From Nymphaea colorata (lineage: Eukaryota): DNA of 64,000 nucleotides. The stretch's first letter is position 1, and each line of letters starts with the position of its first letter. The translations under genes and the position numbers were made by a program. The notes beneath the pieces were generated by a model. The model was not told the origin of the DNA, searched no databases, and saw only the letters and a list, made by a program, of their open reading frames with translations. This document shows, piece after piece, positions 62,856-64,000 of this stretch. The DNA lies in assembly GCF_008831285.2 (NCBI RefSeq), contig NC_045138.2, positions 8,246,001 through 8,310,000 on the forward strand, given 5' to 3'.

Positions 62856-64000
62856 AACACCCCAAATTTTTCCACATCAAAATTGAAGCAATGTCAAAAT
62901 TTCACAAAAGAATTGTGAAAAATTACAATTTCAAAGCCAATTCCGAATCTAAAGAGCAATTTAGATTCAAATTATAAATTTGACTCATGACATGAATCCC
63001 AAAGCAGGATTACGAGTCCAAAATAGATCCAAATTAGGATTTGAAATCCAAATCCAATTACAAATGTCATTTGGAATCCAAATCCAATTACAAATGTCAT
63101 TTGGAATCCAAATCCAATTACAAATGTCACTTGAAATCCATATCTGATTGTAAAATTCAAATTTTGATTTAAATCAAGAATTGGATCTAATTCGGTTTAG
63201 AATGCTATGTGGGACCCACGTGTGGCCCCACCTTACTCGTGTGGTCAGAAGCCCACCCAAGAGGTCACACAAAATATCTTCTCTCAATTAAATAAAAAAA
63301 TCATTTTCAAAAGGAAATGAATAGGGGTTCATAAGAAAAGAGAGACATTAATCTCTCTCTCTCCCTTAGTTAAAGAAAAATCAAATTCCAAAGAAGAAGC
63401 AAGTATTAGACTTGACCTGGGTGCATCCAAATGTGGCGCCAATTTCAGCTACTCGGTCAACATGATCAACTCATTCAAAAGGGTAGGACTGTCCCGCGAC
63501 CCAATTATTGGACAAAAATAGACCCTGACTGGATCTTCACTTTGATTAACTCAATCAAAGTACAATTTAGCTCAATTAAGAGCTTTCTTAACTTAAATTT
63601 ATAGAATTACCTCAAACAAATTAAAACTACTCGCAAATGAGCTTTGATGTTGGTCAATTGGTCAAATTTCACCAATCTGGATAATTTTGCCATTCTATGA
63701 TCAAATTGGCGTTACAAAACCTAATTTAAGATTTTATGAAAGGAAAATATGCATTTGGATTTGTCAAATGCATAAATCAAATCCAAATTAAAATTCAATA
63801 TTTCAAACCAAAGTTTGATTCAATTGAAATCCACCTTCAATTAAGTTATGGATGAAAATACCCTTTTCAAACCAAATTTGACAGAATTTTCAAATTTTAT
63901 TCAAATTTTAATTGAATTGTCATAATAAAATAACATTTAGAGCTTAAAAACTAGGTTTTAACCTAACAATCTCAATTTCAAACAAAGAAAAAATAAATAG
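62852..64000 (+). mobile_element. Probable start of a Ty3/gypsy LTR running off the window
   Basis: Starts TGTTAACACCCC (resembles Del/Tekay TGT.ACACCC termini); abrupt compositional change; GTGGGACCCAC motif; no coding domain in the window. Confidence 0.55.
63039..63140 (+). repeat. 30-bp tandem repeat, ~3.4 copies
   Basis: ATTTG(G/A)AATCCAAATCCAATTACAAATGTC at 63039, 63069, 63099, partial at 63129. Confidence 0.92.

Overview
This is flowering-plant nuclear DNA: AT-rich, with GT-AG introns, microsatellites and dense transposon content. It has only two intact genes, a tandem pair of stellacyanin-type phytocyanin (blue copper) genes with AGP-like Pro/Ser/Ala tails and GPI-type C-termini (11967-12620 and 44261-45173, both +, one intron each), which share about 500 bp of homologous promoter. 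The rest is layered mobile DNA: four Ty1/copia elements of different ages (one complete, with 705-bp LTRs and a CTGCC TSD), a PIF/Harbinger transposase relic, a hAT transposase relic, many MITEs, a probable gypsy LTR at the right edge and an unresolved GC-rich block at about 5-10 kb. The most notable observation is two non-autonomous members of one PIF/Harbinger family (48035-49482 and 54902-57324; GGGCCCGTTTGAT-type TIRs, TAA/TTA TSDs, shared asymmetric palindromic ends). Each carries a different captured host-gene fragment (a PPR gene piece; the 3' half of UDP-glucose dehydrogenase) in the same polarity relative to the element ends, i.e. a gene-capturing 'Pack-Harbinger' family. All alignments and counts were done by eye; no database searches were run.
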